A DNA stretch of 63,745 nt, the filler included, from Octopus bimaculoides (Eukaryota), in NCBI RefSeq assembly GCF_001194135.2. It is 6 parts of 5 records of this genome, joined end to end, with 100 filler letters (N's around TTAATTAATTAA, not from the genome) between each part and the next. Parts side by side here need not be neighbours in the genome. Positions count along the whole stretch, not along the records: positions 1 to 16,632 come from NC_068988.1; 5 more parts are not named here. One strand, written 5' to 3'. The notes under the pieces were generated by a model, which did no database searches, had not been told where the DNA came from, and saw only the letters and a list, made by a program, of their open reading frames with translations. Below, one piece after another: positions 1 through 13,222 of the stretch. Made by a program: the position numbers and the translations under genes. Position 1 is the stretch's first letter. Every line of letters begins with the position of its first letter.

Positions 1-16
1 ATATATATATACACAC

Positions 17-72
<56 letters not shown>

Positions 73-640
73 TTATATATATATATAAGTATGCATAGTA
101 GATGTGTGGCTAAGAACTTTGCTTCAAAACAACGTGATTTCATAGTAAAGATTGTTTGCCAACATAACATGGCAGTCCTGGTTTAGAATGAATGTTGCTG
201 TAATTTAGCCCAGGAGACATTGTCTCCAGCTGGCTCTATGACATGATCTGTGTCCTTATATTTTTGAACAAGGGAATCTAGCACCCCCACTCAGCTCAAT
301 CATTACTACAAAGTATTGTTGCTGAATATCTCTCGATGTGAGATTTAAAAATAGTAATTTTCTAATTTTACATGATTTCAGTTTTAGTCTTCCCACATGG
401 CACCTTGGGCATGTGTCTTCTACTATAGCCCTAGGCTGACCAATGCCAAGTGATTGGTCTTGGTATACAGAAACTGAAATAAGCCCCTCATACACACACG
501 CACACACATAATTGGAAACAGGTGAGGGTTGGTGAGAGGAAGGACATCCAGACATGGAATATCCACCTGAACAAATTTCCTCTGACCCATGCAGGAATGG
601 AAAAGTGGATGTTAAAATGATGATTATGACATTGACAATG

Positions 641-675
<35 letters not shown>

Positions 676-1266
676 TACATCCATATGCAGACATATAAAC
701 ACAACAAGTTTCCTGTAGTTTTATCTACCAAATTTGTTCACAAAGCATTGATCTGTGCCATGCAAAAACAGAACACAGCTGCCTACAGTGGGAATGAGTG
801 TAAAATCATGTAATTCTGAAGTGTGTGTGTGTGTGTGCATGTATGTATAATGAATGTATATATTCTTGAGAGGTATGATCGAATTTAGTTAGAAATGAAA
901 CATAACTATAAACTGGCCACTAAATAATACACACGCACACACACACATAGTTTTATTAAAGCTCAAAAATGATCACAGGACTGTTACTCAGACTGTTTCC
1001 CTATCCTGTTCATTGGACAGTTGGATGACAAATGGGAACATGAAACTCTGAGTAACAGTCTTGTGATAATTTCACAGCTTTGATAAAAGTATATTACTCC
1101 ACCTTTAGTATTGGAGTACTATTTTTTCCACATTGTTTTGAACTTATATACTCACCTGTGTGCATGTATATATGTATATATATATATATATNNNNNNNNN
1201 NNNNNNNNNNNNNNNNNNNNNNNNNNNNNNNNNNNNNNNNATAATAATAATAATAATAATAATAAC

Positions 1267-1300
<34 letters not shown>

Positions 1301-1383
1301 GGGATAAAAATCCAAATTTACAGGTAAAAACTCAATTAAATTCAATTTATTAAAAATTAAAATTAAATTAAGTTTCACAGTAT

Positions 1384-1432
<49 letters not shown>

Positions 1433-2474
1433 TTTACACACATGCACATACTAAAATATATATTAAATATATATCTTTAAACATAAATGATGGATGATGA
1501 TGATGACGACGACAACGACGATAATGATGATGGTGATGTTAACAATGATGATGATGATAATGGTAACCAAGTATTCGTAACATGTCGATGTGACCCGAAT
1601 AGGTCAGTTTCACCCGAGTGCATATTTATGATTTGTAAATGTTGAGGAGTTGATGGCAGAGGAGAAGAAAAATGGTAGGAAGTGAACTGGCATCGCATAT
1701 CTCCTATTGTCACCCCTTACATATGATGTCACCCGTCTTATTTTTAACCAAACTGTTATTTGAGGAATCTTCTAGATTTCTATATCAATAATTCCAAAGA
1801 TAGCTTCCCTTCTTAAATTGACATTTCCAATACAATGCTGCTAATTTTCACAGAATCAATGATTGAGATATTGCCTATGCAGTCAACATGTTTGGAATAT
1901 AAACCAAAAAGAGTTGAAGCCATTGTTCCCACCTGGTATGCCTGCTCTAGTCATACTGTTCTCCTTCTTTGGGATTCCAACAAGAATAAATGATAAACAT
2001 AAACTGGCCAATGCGTTGGAAGACAGAAACTGCAAGGAAGCCAGTCTCATATCTATGTGTGTATGCACGTAAGAGAGAGTGTGGGAGAGAGAAAAAGGTT
2101 TTATTTCCACTTCTTGCTTGAGAGCAACTGAGCAACAACAACAGAGTGTTGTTGTGTTTACACACCCAGTGAACATAATGGTTCTGTAGCTTTGCTCTTG
2201 AAATTGTGGAATAAAAAACTTCCTTGCCTATAAAATAGGTAAGGGCTGGCAACAGGAAAAGCATCTGGGCATAAAAATTCTACCTCAAATAAGTTTTCAA
2301 TAGGCTATGTGGTTAAGAAATGACTATGTGGTTAAGAAATTGAATATGCAACCATGTGGTTTTGGCTCACATTGGACAAGTATCTTCAACACTCGTCCTA
2401 GTTTGACCAATGTCTTGTGAATGAATTTGAAAGATAGAAACTGTGTGGAAGCCTATCATGTGTGTGTGTGTGCG

Positions 2475-2704
2475 TTATTTCTTAACTGCCCACAAGGGGC
2501 TACACACAGAGGGGACAAACAAGGACAGACAAACGGATTAAGTCAATTATATCGACTCCAGTGCGTAACTGGTACTTATTTAATTGACTCCGAAAGGATG
2601 AAAGGCAAAGTCAACCTCGGCGGAATTTGAACTCAGAACGTAGCTGCAGACGAAATACTGCTAAGCATTTCACCTGGCGTGCTAACGTTTCTGCCAGCTC
2701 GCCG
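2475..2704 (-). mobile_element. tRNA-derived SINE family A inserted in a (TG)n tract
   Basis: Head GGCGAGCTGGCAGAAACGTTAG..GAGTTCAAATTCC, body CTTTGCCTTTCATCCTTTCGG..AAGTACCAGT, tail TTTGTCCCCTCT..GTGGGC. Other copies about 14690(-), 15190(-), 15330(-), 16010(-), 18685, 18915, 27150(-), 43201, 50690(-), 59403, 60420. Confidence 0.8.
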
Positions 2705-2893
2705 TGTGTGTGTGTGTATGCAATAGGTTTCTTTCAGTTTCTATTTCCATCTATCAAATCCACTCACAAGGCTGTGGTCAGCCTAAGGCTATCATGGCAG
2801 ACACTTGCCCAAGGTTCCATGCAACAGAGTTGAACCTGAAACCATGTGGTTGAGAAGCAAAATTTGTTTTCTTACCACACACTCATGACGCAC

Positions 2894-3057
2894 GAGTGGC
2901 TGTGTGGTAAGTAGCTTGCTTACGAACCACATGGTTCCGGGTTCAGTCCCACTGTGTGGCACCTTGGGCAAGTGTCTTCTACTATAGATTTGGGCCGACA
3001 AAAGCCTTGTGAGTGGATTTGGCAGACGGAAACTGAAAGAAGCCTGTCATATATATG

Positions 3058-3120
<63 letters not shown>

Positions 3121-3325
3121 GTGTGTATATGTTTGTGTGTCTGTGTTTGTCCCCCAACATCGCTTGACAACCGATGCTGGTGTGTTTACGTCTCAGTTCG
3201 CCAAAAGAGTCCGATAGAATAAATACTAGGCTTACAAAGAATAAGTCCTGGGGTTGATTTCTTCGACTAAAGGCGGTGCTCCAGCATGGCCACCATCAAA
3301 TGACTGAAACAAGTAAAAAGAACAA
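2894..3325 (+). mobile_element. tRNA-derived SINE family B (CORE-like central domain; octopus OR2-like), near full length
   Basis: Head GAGTGGCTGTGTGGTAAG...GGTTCAGTCCC, CORE-like GGCACCTTGGGCAAGTGTCTT, internal TA/TG microsatellite, tail CCAGCATGGCC..AAATGACTGAAACAAGTAAAAGA. Further copies near 395, 2726(-), 5180, 5360(-), 6317(-), 12020, 19135(-), 22300(-), 33195(-), 48490, 49675, 54215, 59960(-), 61585, 62045(-). Confidence 0.8.
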
Positions 3326-6300
3326 AAAAAAAAAGTATGACTACACTTGTATGTTTCTAAGATATGGTGCGGAATTTCGAAATTTCGGAATTTCTACACC
3401 AGCAATATACACTTCAATTAATACTACATTTCCTCCATTTCTTCATTGTCACTTTATCAAGATTTTCAAAAATTTCCAGATCAAAAAGATGGAATTGTTT
3501 GTCTTGAAGTTTCTTTGTCTTTGTTAATGAAAAGCAACCTGTTTACTCTGCAAATAAAAACTTCAAATCATGTTTGCTGAAGTATTCATTCTTCAAATAA
3601 ATAACCGAATGGTGAGTTCACCCATGACATGTTCAACATGACAATGATTTTACTGTCTGGATAACATTGCAAATGTAATTCCTTTGTGATGCATTTAAAG
3701 GCAACGTTTTTATCATGGGAAGTACCACAGGAATGTATTTATTATGATAGAACTACTACTACTAAACTATGAACTGGACAACACATGCTTGTACTTATGT
3801 TATAACTTATGACTCCTATTTTCATTTTATATCTCTTATTTTTTACTTGTTTCATTCACTAGAGTGTGGCCATGCTGGGGTACCATCTTGTAGGGTTTCA
3901 TCAAGAAAATTTACCCTAGAACTTATTTTAAAATCTGGTACTTATTTTATGAATTTCTTTTGCCAAACTGGTAAGTCACAGGGATATAAACAAGCCACAA
4001 ACCAACATCAGTCGTGGAGGATCAGCACAAAGACACGCACATCATCATCGTTTAACGTCCGCTTTCCATGCTAGCATGGGTTGGACGATTTGACTGAGAA
4101 CTGGTGAAACCGGATGGCAACACCAGGCTCCAATCTAATTTGGCAGAGTTTCTACAGCTGGATGCCCTTCCTAACGCCAACCACTCAGAGAGTGTAGTGG
4201 GTGCTTTTACGTGTCACCCGCACGAGAACGGCCACGCTCGAAATGGTGTCTTTTATGTGCCNNNNNNNNNNNNNNNNNNNNNNNNNNNNNNNNNNNNNNN
4301 NNNNNNNNNNNNNNNNNNNNNNNNNNNNNNNNNNNNNNNNNNNNNNNNNNNNNNNNNNNNNNNNNNNNNNNNNNNNNNNNNNNNNNNNNNNNNNNNNNNN
4401 NNNNNNNNNNNNNNNNNNNNNNNNNNNNNNNNNNNNNNNNNNNNNNNNNNNNNNNNNNNNNNNNNNNNNNNNNNNNNNNNNNNNNNNNNNNNNNNNNNNN
4501 NNNNNNNNNNNNNNNNNNNNNNNNNNNNNNNNNNNNNNNNNNNNNNNNNNNNNNNNNNNNNNNNNNNNNNNNNNNNNNNNNNNNNNNNNNNNNNNNNNNN
4601 NNNNNNNNNNNNNNNNNNNNNNNNNNNNNNNNNNNNNNNNNNNNNNNNNNNNNNNNNNNNNNNNNNNNNNNNNNNNNNNNNNNNNNNNNNNNNNNNNNNN
4701 NNNNNNNNNNNNNNNNNNNNNNNNNNNNNNNNNNNNNNNNNNNNNNNNNNNNNNNNNNNNNNNNNNNNNNNNNNNNNNNNNNNNNNNNNNNNNNNNNNNN
4801 NNNNNNNNNNNNNNNNNNNNNNNNNNNNNNNNNNNNNNNNNNNNNNNNNNNNNNNNNNNNNNNNNNNNNNNNNNNNNNNNNNNNNNNNNNNNNNNNNNNN
4901 NNNNNNNNNNNNNNNNNNNNNNNNNNNNNNNNNNNNNNNNNNNNNNNNNNNNNNNNNNNNNNNNNNNNNNNNNNNNNNNNNNNNNNNNNNNNNNNNNNNN
5001 NNNNNNNNNNNNNNNNNNNNNNNNNNNNNNNNNNNNNNNNNNNNNNNNNNNNNNNNNNNNNNNNNNNNNNNNNNNNNNNNNNNNNNNNNNNNNNNNNNNN
5101 NNNNNNNNNNNNNNNNNNNNNNNNNNNNNNNNNNNNNNNNNNNNNNNNNNNNNNNNNNNTCCGATCTTATATATAGGCACAGGTGTGGTTGTGTGGTAAG
5201 AAGTTTCCTTCCCAATCACACAGTTCTGGGTTCAGTTCCACTATGTGACACCTTGGGCAAATGTCTTCTACTAAAGCCTCAAACCAACCAAAGCACTGTG
5301 AGTGGATTTTTTCTAGAAGGAAACTGAAAGAAGTCCATCATATATACATATATATATAATGGGCTTCCACACAATTTTCATCAACCAAATTCACATACAT
5401 GGCAGCTACAGTAGAAGACATTTGTCCAAGGTGTAACATAGTGGGGCTGACCCCAAAACTACATGGTCACAAAGTGAGCTTCTTAATCACACAGACATAC
5501 CTGCACCTTGATGTTTATTATGATAACATATTCAAACTCAAACAATGATCAGAATATGAATATGTAAACCACGTTTTGCAGAAGTTGCCATTTGGACAAA
5601 CAAACGACTTGCAAAAAAACATTGTAAAAGGCAAAAGAAACTTCACACGCAGAATAATAGTAGAGGCTGGCAATTTTCTTCTGTTGCTGTAGTATATGCC
5701 ACCTGGTAAAGGATTAATGACAAGTGGTGAGATGCTTTGAGATCCATCTAACCAATGCCAGAATGGAAAACTGACATACGATAATTATGATGACTACATG
5801 CATATGTANNNNNNNNNNTATATATATGTATATATGTATATATACCTACACACACATATACATAATCAAATAGCTGCCAAGAGTTATCGGAGCACAAATA
5901 AAGAACCATGGGAATGCTGAGCGTATGGGCCTCGTAGCAAATTATCAAATCAAGTTACAAGTTGGATGCAATAAAAATAATTAGAGAAACAGGCCAACAC
6001 CCCAAAATTAACCATTCACAAGTGAGACTTCAGCCTCCCTGCTCCCTAAAAAATAAACAGAGAAGAAACAAGAAATACAATTCTTGTTTGCAAAGGAACT
6101 GTGATAATTAAAGTGTTATATACATTTTATATTTGACGTCATTGTCGAGATAGGCATTTTCCATTAAGTATTTCATGACAGCAATATTGTTTAAGGTTTA
6201 AAGTTTATAGATATTGTAATGAGAATCAGAGAATGTCTATTATAGAGCTAGCATGTATGTATGTGTGTGTGCTTGTGTTTCTGTCTGTCTGTCTGTATGT

Positions 6301-6689
6301 CTGTGTCTGTATTTTTTTATTTGTTTCAGTCATTTAACTGTGACCATGCTGGAGCACCGCCTTTTAGTTGAAGAAATCAACTCCAGGACTTTTTCATTGT
6401 AAGCCTGGTACTTATTCTATCAATCTCTTTTGCTGAACCAATGAGTCACGGGGAGGTTAACACACCAACATCAGTTGTCAAGCAATAGGAGAGGGGGTGG
6501 ACACAGGACGTCATCAACGGTGCAAATAACATGAAATACATAAACAAACAAGAGAAAAACGAATGACGTATGTAAACACAAGAAAAAAGTGGAAAACAGG
6601 ACAAGTTATCACAGAGAAAGGACCCTTCATCAGTTGTCAGCTTTCTATCAACTCCTCATTTGGAGCATTCAACATATTGCAAAAGGCCT

Positions 6690-6861
6690 GATTGGAGGCA
6701 CAACTTCCAAGTTCTTTTACAGGGCTTAGAAAAACTGAAGGACCACTGCAATAAGTGTGTGAATCTGAGAGGGGGAGGAATATGTTGAGTAAAATCATAA
6801 TTAACTGATCCTCCTGTATTTTCTTTTACCCGAACCGAGGAACTTTTCAGCACTCCCTCGT
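6690..6861 (+). mobile_element. Mariner transposon 3' end (transposase C-terminus and TIR)
   Basis: QGLEKLKDHCNKCVNLRG-EYVE* resembles mariner GI..L..RW.KCV...G.YVE; ends AACTTTTCAGCACTCCCTCGT. Confidence 0.65.
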
Positions 6862-8620
6862 GTATGTGTGTGTGTGTGTGTGTGTGTAAACAAAGCAGAA
6901 CATTAAAAACAAATTTTAATTAACTGGCTGCAAATTCACTTATTGTATAATGAACTGTCAAAACATTTTCTACAAGCCTTCTCATTATTATGATATTAAC
7001 ATTCCGTGTGAAGCTAATATAGGAGATATAAATTCCTGAAACAAAGGTAATACAATCAAATAACACACATAGTTACTAATTAAAATTTTAGCCATATAAT
7101 TGAGAAAACCTTTCTCCTGTGTTATGCAAGGTTCAGCATATTTCTATGCATTTCTTCATTGAAATTAGCTTCACTGTTTACAGCAAAAGAGAGTGGAAAA
7201 AGAAAGGATTAGAGGAACCAAAAGAATAGAATTAGCTATTTCATTAACGTGTGTGTGTGTGTGTGTGTGCGAGCATGCATGTGTGTGTATTTCTCTATGT
7301 ATGGTTCAGTGTCTTTTGTAGTAGCAAGCACTTAAGGATAAAGTGGTTCTCAAGTGCTGTTTATCACGGTGCCTCTACAAGAAAGGGTTACATTCCTGCC
7401 TCAAATTTTTCTTAAATCTATTTTACAGGGATCTTCAAATAAAAAGTTCACCTCCAATGAAAAGACAATAAACTACTTACATCTGATATGTTATATAAAT
7501 CTTCATCTCCATCATAGGCACAAGGTCACAAATTTGGTAAAGGGTTACAGGTATAGTGAAACCGATTCTATTGCTTACTTGATATTTTCTTATAGACTCT
7601 TTTACTCTTTTACTTGTTTCAGTCATTTGACTTCGGCCATGTTAGAGCATCGCCTATTTTGGTATATACTTCCACTTTATATTTAACAAGTTTTCTACTT
7701 TTTTTTTTATTGCAAAGTCCTTGATCAGATCCTCATATGACATAAGTTCACTTTGAAATTATATTTCCAATCATATAAACAACTTTGAATATGGGGCCCT
7801 CCTCCTTTCTGTTGATGTCCTAAACACGTACTTATTTTGCTTAATGGTTAATCCAATTGTGCTTAGAACAGAATATATATAGCCACCAAAATCAACTTAA
7901 ATAATTACAGAAATGACATCTGGCCATAGAAAAATCTGCCTCAATAAATTCTGTCTGACCCATATAAGCTTGGAAAAGTGGAAGCATAATGATGATGCGG
8001 TTATTACACCAAGTCAATAATTGTAATTAGTCTATATATAAGACATTTAAGCTATTGTTTTAATAACAGTCTATATGTGTGCAGCCTCGTCTATCACTGC
8101 TTCATTTATCACTAATCCAGGATAACATGGTATGCTCAATTGTGAACCATGTTTTGTTTATCAGGAATTGATCTGTGATAACATGGGTTGGCAATCAGCC
8201 TAAAATTCTGCATGTACCCCAGCAACCACCCACAATGTACTGACTATTGCTTGTGACGACTTGACCATGCTTATGATGCTGCATATTTTTTTTATATACA
8301 TACGTAAAATACACCATTTTGAGCGTGGCCGTTGCCAGTACTGCCTGACTGGCCTTCATGCTGGTGGCATGTAAAAGCACCCACTACACTCTCAGAGTGG
8401 TTAGCGTTAGGAAGGGCATCCAGCTGTAGAAACTCTGCCAGATCAGATAGGAGCCTGGTGTAGCCATCTGGTTTGCCGGTCCTCAGTCAAATTGTCCAAC
8501 CCATGGTAGCATGGAAGGCAGACATTAAACGATGATGATGATGAAGATGTACCCATCAACATGAGATCAGTAAATGCAAAAAATATGAGGGTACGTGACC
8601 CTAACAAATGACACAGATGA

Positions 8621-8725
8621 GTGTACTCACTACAGGAAAATAATGAGATGATCAAGACAATATATGGCTGTGGAACCTTCACTGCTGTGGGCTGCAAGTT
8701 TGGTGCCAATGAATCTACCATTTGT
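8621..8725 (+). mobile_element. Tigger/pogo transposase N-terminal HTH remnant
   Basis: VYSLQENNEMIKTI...AVGCKFGANESTICSVYK resembles Tigger V.TLQEK.E...AVA..F..NES..R.I.K. Confidence 0.5.
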
Positions 8726-9695
8726 TCTGTTTACAAAGTGCATGGTGGAGATGATTTACATATCACTGATTCATTTATTAATGCGCTTTAAGAACTAAAC
8801 CTCTGTGATAAACATGGATAGATGTATAAGACATCTTGACTATTGTTCTAAATATAGTCTGTGTATATTTGAAGACCAAACCACAGTTCTAATTACCATA
8901 TATGTATAATGGCTAGGTTAAGGTTCTAATTACAGCTTATTACCTCAAATTCCTCAAATGCAGTTACATGCTATCAAATGAATAATTCATTTGACTCTAT
9001 GGAATTTCACAATTACATCAGTTTCCCTTTCTCACTTCTGCAGCCTCAATAACCCCTAACTAATAACATCTGTTGTCAAACCCAACAACGACCACCCTTC
9101 ACAATACAACCCACCCCACTCATCACTTTTACCTCTCTGGTCACTCACCCCCTCCCTCTGCTCTGACTCTCCTATCTTTTCTTACCCTTACTTGCTTCAG
9201 CACTCTCCACACACCCATTCAAGCCACATACTTGCTCCCTCCACTTACTTCTATTGGCCTTCTTCTTCACTCATTCTACCTTCAAATTTCCCTGCACTAT
9301 CGTTTGAAATGTTACATACCAATCACTTCATTCTAAAGATGGATTTACCTAATGTTTCTATGCATATGTACAACTGGGTACATATTCTTGACACCTTGAA
9401 AACTACATCTGCCAACATTATTACATAATTCCAAGACCCCAGAAACAGCTGCCAGATCTCTAATACCATACCTCCTCCCCTTAATTTTGTATGTCTTTGT
9501 ACTCTGTGTAAATCTGCTCTGTTAATATATAAATATTTATATAATTAATACAATAATAGGATAAACTCTTATATAAGAATTTATCAAGTAGTTATTGTGA
9601 AAAAAATTCATTGGGAAGAATTTATCGTTTTTCCCTAAATCATATTTATCTATTTATATATAAAGGCATAACTATACAAGAATGCCTCATGTTAA

Positions 9696-9911
9696 CTACT
9701 GTAATAAACACATTTTTACCGAATGCGAGGAAATGCAGCCTTCAAGGAAGCTAGCATACATACACACACGTTTATCAACTTCTGTGTTTGGCAGGGAAAT
9801 CTTTAATATTTGTATTTTTGGGGTAAAGTTAAACAGGCTTAGATGAACACTGTTGGGTGTCACAAGAACAGTTGATGTGTTATCTATATGGTGTGCATGT
9901 TGTGTCTTCAT
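9696..9911 (-). mobile_element. Possible Penelope-like GIY-YIG C-terminal remnant, tail-to-tail with a terminal-repeat-like segment (about 9000-9660, +)
   Basis: TSTVLVT...FNFTPKIQILKISLPNTEVDKRVC weakly resembles the PLE C-terminus; degenerate GAAACAGCTG hammerhead half at 9442-9451. Confidence 0.4.
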
Positions 9912-12139
9912 GCTCAGTGCATGAATCTTTGATCAGTTCCCAAAGTTTAGTCACTAATTCAAAGGTATATACATAAACACATACACACAGGTATGTACAT
10001 ATATCCACAAACATACATACATAATTCTTTTGTTTAACATCCATTTTCCCAGGCTAGCATCATTTGGAGGAAAATGATTTTCTGGCAGGATTTTACTGCC
10101 AGACGCGCTTCATGTTGTCAAACTTCATTTATTTTACCATTTAAACATTCTTTTATATTCCACATGTTTTTGAAAGCACAGAGCAACTAGATATAATGTC
10201 ATTTTTAAGAGGATAGGGTGTAATTTGAGATCGGCTTGGCTGCTAGAACTAGCAGGTTAAACAATTGTCTTGTTGCTGTTGTTTAGCCCCAAGTCAACCA
10301 TCAATGAGTAGATCTATGATCCAACGCATCTATGAATCATAGATCTATTCAAGCATCTGAGTAGATTCATAATCCAACCATGATCATCCTAGCTTCCTTA
10401 GGTATATGACTCAAACTACATTACCAAGTGTCCTTTCCTTATTTAAGTTGTCGGATGCAAATCGAAGGAGCTTTAACTACTATTTCTGTTAGGCTTACTG
10501 ATGACACAGACTACCTTATTGACTCATATGTAACAGATTTGAGGTGGATGGCATGCGGGCCTTTAATCAGCGGGGGTTTTAACTTGGACAAATATCTTCA
10601 TTCCCTTATCAAATAAATCTATATATTTCTGTAAGTTATGTCTCCCCTACAAAGGATGAGAATGATGGCTGTTTTATTAGGATTGTAGATTGTGAGATAA
10701 ACAACAAGAGAGAAAATAGGGAGGACAGAGATAGTAAGAGTGAGAAAGAAAGACAGGAGGAGAGAGAGTAAGAAAGAAAGACAGACAGACAAAGTGCAGG
10801 AGGGGAGTAGAAGCTTGTGTCCATTAAAAGAACATAAAATATTTCTTGGAAAATAGAGGCCAGTGAATGTGTAATAACTAAAGGAAATTACATAGAGAGA
10901 TGAGAGAGATGGGGTGAGGATGGAGAAGGAGAGAGAGGAGGAGAGAGAGAGAGAGAGAGCCATAACTGTTTTATGCATATATATATATATATATATATAT
11001 AGATATATATACACACGTCATGGCTGTGAGATTAAGGATTTTGCTTCATGTCTATCTGATATTACATTCAGTTTCACTGCATGGCATTCTGGGAAAGTGT
11101 CTTCTACTGTAACCTTGAATGAATCAATGCCAGTGGAAACTATACAGAAGCATGTTCTAAATGTGTGTGTGTGCAGGTGTGTGTGTGTATGTGTGTGTAT
11201 AGCAACAGCATTAATACTAAAAGGTGTAGCGTGACACAAAAAGCCAGTGCCATTTTGTACAAGATCTCACTGGCAACCATTACCATGTCCGAGACAAGAG
11301 CGAGATCTCGCCTAGAACCATTTGCCATGTGTGAGACCACAGCGAGACTCTCGTTGGGGCAACGACTATTTAAGCAGGTGTATTAAGGCATTCAGTCTCC
11401 CTTCTCTTTCTTGCTTATGCTGAGAAACACTGCAAGCTGGCAGCTCACAGCGGATTCTTATCCTGCTCTAACTTCACCCATTATCTCCAGAGGTAATGTA
11501 CTTCACATGAGTGGAGCAATAACGAACCATGTGCTGCCATACATATGGTCATCGGGAATGAGCCACATGAATGAGAACTACAGTAAACAACCATTGAATT
11601 ACATTCGCTTGTAAGCTTCTTCTTTGAGTTCCAGAGCCTAAGACTACAGAAAATAATTGTAATGAGAGAAGGTGATACTCCACAGGTATCATGAACCTTC
11701 GATTCCATTATAAAGGTAACACTTATCTCACACAGAAAGCAGATGGCATGTTAGAACACATAATAATAATATTTATAAGCTTAAAGCCTACAAGTAATCA
11801 CCGTATATTTACTAAAGAGAATAATGTAATATTGGGGCATATAAGCCCTCGATGGGAAAAAGTGGGTTTCCGTCAAGGACCAAAAGAGACAGTGGGGCTT
11901 AGTGGAGTCCTTTGGCTTGCCAGCTCCATTTCATGCCAGCATGGAAAATGGACATTATTTGATGATAATGATGATGATGATGATGATAAAAATTAGAAAA
12001 TGGTAACAAAAGAGAGGCACAGGCATAACTATGTGGTTAAGAAGTTTGCTTCTAAACCACATGGTTTTGAGTTCAGTTTCATTGCATGGCATCATGGACA
12101 AGTCTCTTCTACTATAACCTCATACCAATCAAAGCCTAT

Positions 12140-12196
<57 letters not shown>

Positions 12197-12587
12197 CATG
12201 TGCGTGTGCATATGTGTGTGTGTGTGTATACGTACATATATATATGTATGTATGAATGTGTGTGCATGTTTTATGGCCTACTTGTCTTGACATTGCATTT
12301 TCCTTGAAAATGTGTGGCTTTGGGAAAATATCTTACTTGGATGCAAGGAAGGGTTGGCAACAGGAAGAGCATCCAACTGTAAAAAGTTAGCACCAACAAA
12401 TCTTGTCTGACTCATGTGAGCAAGTATGGAAAAGTAGATGCAAAATGACGATGATTATGATACACACACATGTGTGTGTCTGCATCCACATCTGGTTTAT
12501 GTTTGTTTATGTCTTGTAACTTCGCAGCTCAACAAATAGAGAGGATAGTGTGAGTATCAAACTTAAGAAAAAAGGAACATAAATACT

Positions 12588-12802
12588 GGGTTGCCAGTAC
12601 CGCCTGACTGGCCTTCATGCGGGTGGCACGTAAAAGCACCCACTACACTCTCTGAGTGGTTGGCATTAGGAAGGGCATCCAGCTGTAGAAACTCTGCCAA
12701 ATCAGATTGGAGCCTGGTGTTGCCATCCAGTTTCACCAGTCCTGAGTCAAATCGTTCAACCCATGCTAGCATGGAAAGCAGACGTTAAACGATGATGATG
12801 AC
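12588..12802 (+). mobile_element. SINE family C 3' body with RTE-like tail
   Basis: GAGTGGTTGGCATTAGGAAGGGCATCCAGCTGTAGAAAC...CCATGCTAGCATGGAAAGCAGACGTTAAACGATGATGATGA. Copies at 4047-4261(-), 8318-8545(+), about 52560-53020(-) and 57120-57580(+); partial copies at 510, 7920, 11880, 12350. Confidence 0.8.
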
Positions 12803-12890
12803 TGGGTTTATATGATTGAATAACTTCTGGTGTCCCAACATGGTCAAAGCAGATTGAGTGACACAAATAAAAGGGTAATGAATAAAGAAG

Positions 12891-13222
12891 ACTGGCACTC
12901 CATCGGTTACAATGACAACAACAAGAGTTCAAGTTGATCTGATCAACGGAACAGCCTGTTCATAAAATTAACATGCATGTGGCTGAGTACTCCACAAACA
13001 TGTGTACCTTTAAAGTAGTTCTCAGGGAGATTCAGCATGACACAATGTGTGACAAAGCTGACCCTTTGAATTACAAGTAAAACTCACTTTTGTCAGCTGA
13101 GTTGACTGGAGCAATGTGAAAAAAAATGTCTTGTGCAAGGATACAATGTGTCGCTGGGAGTTGAACTCATGACCTTATGACCATAAGATGAATACTCTAA
13201 CCACTAAGCCACGTGCCTTCAT
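12891..13222 (-). mobile_element. SINE sharing the family-D 3' body but with a different head and central domain
   Basis: 3' portion aligns with 21661-21800. The 5' portion is the CCTTGCACAAGACATTTT..TTGCTCCAGTCAACTCAGCTG type domain. Confidence 0.65.

Noticed and set aside
4104-5327. Long ORFs made mostly of X (also about 13365-14697, 31781-33059, 48938-49850, 56058-56884, 60892-61857)
   Set aside because: They only span N gaps; the flanking residues are SINE or microsatellite translations.
10428-10616. Possible host exons (10428-10616 +, about 13300-13370 -, 18076-18270 -, 3420-3590 +, 38714-39055 +)
   Set aside because: Short open frames with no recognisable family motif and no consistent acceptor/donor pair.
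12563-12788. Recurring peptide LAEFLQLDALPNANHSESVVGAF (also 4104, 8443, 52727, 57221) that looks like a gene family
   Set aside because: It is the antisense reading of SINE family C.
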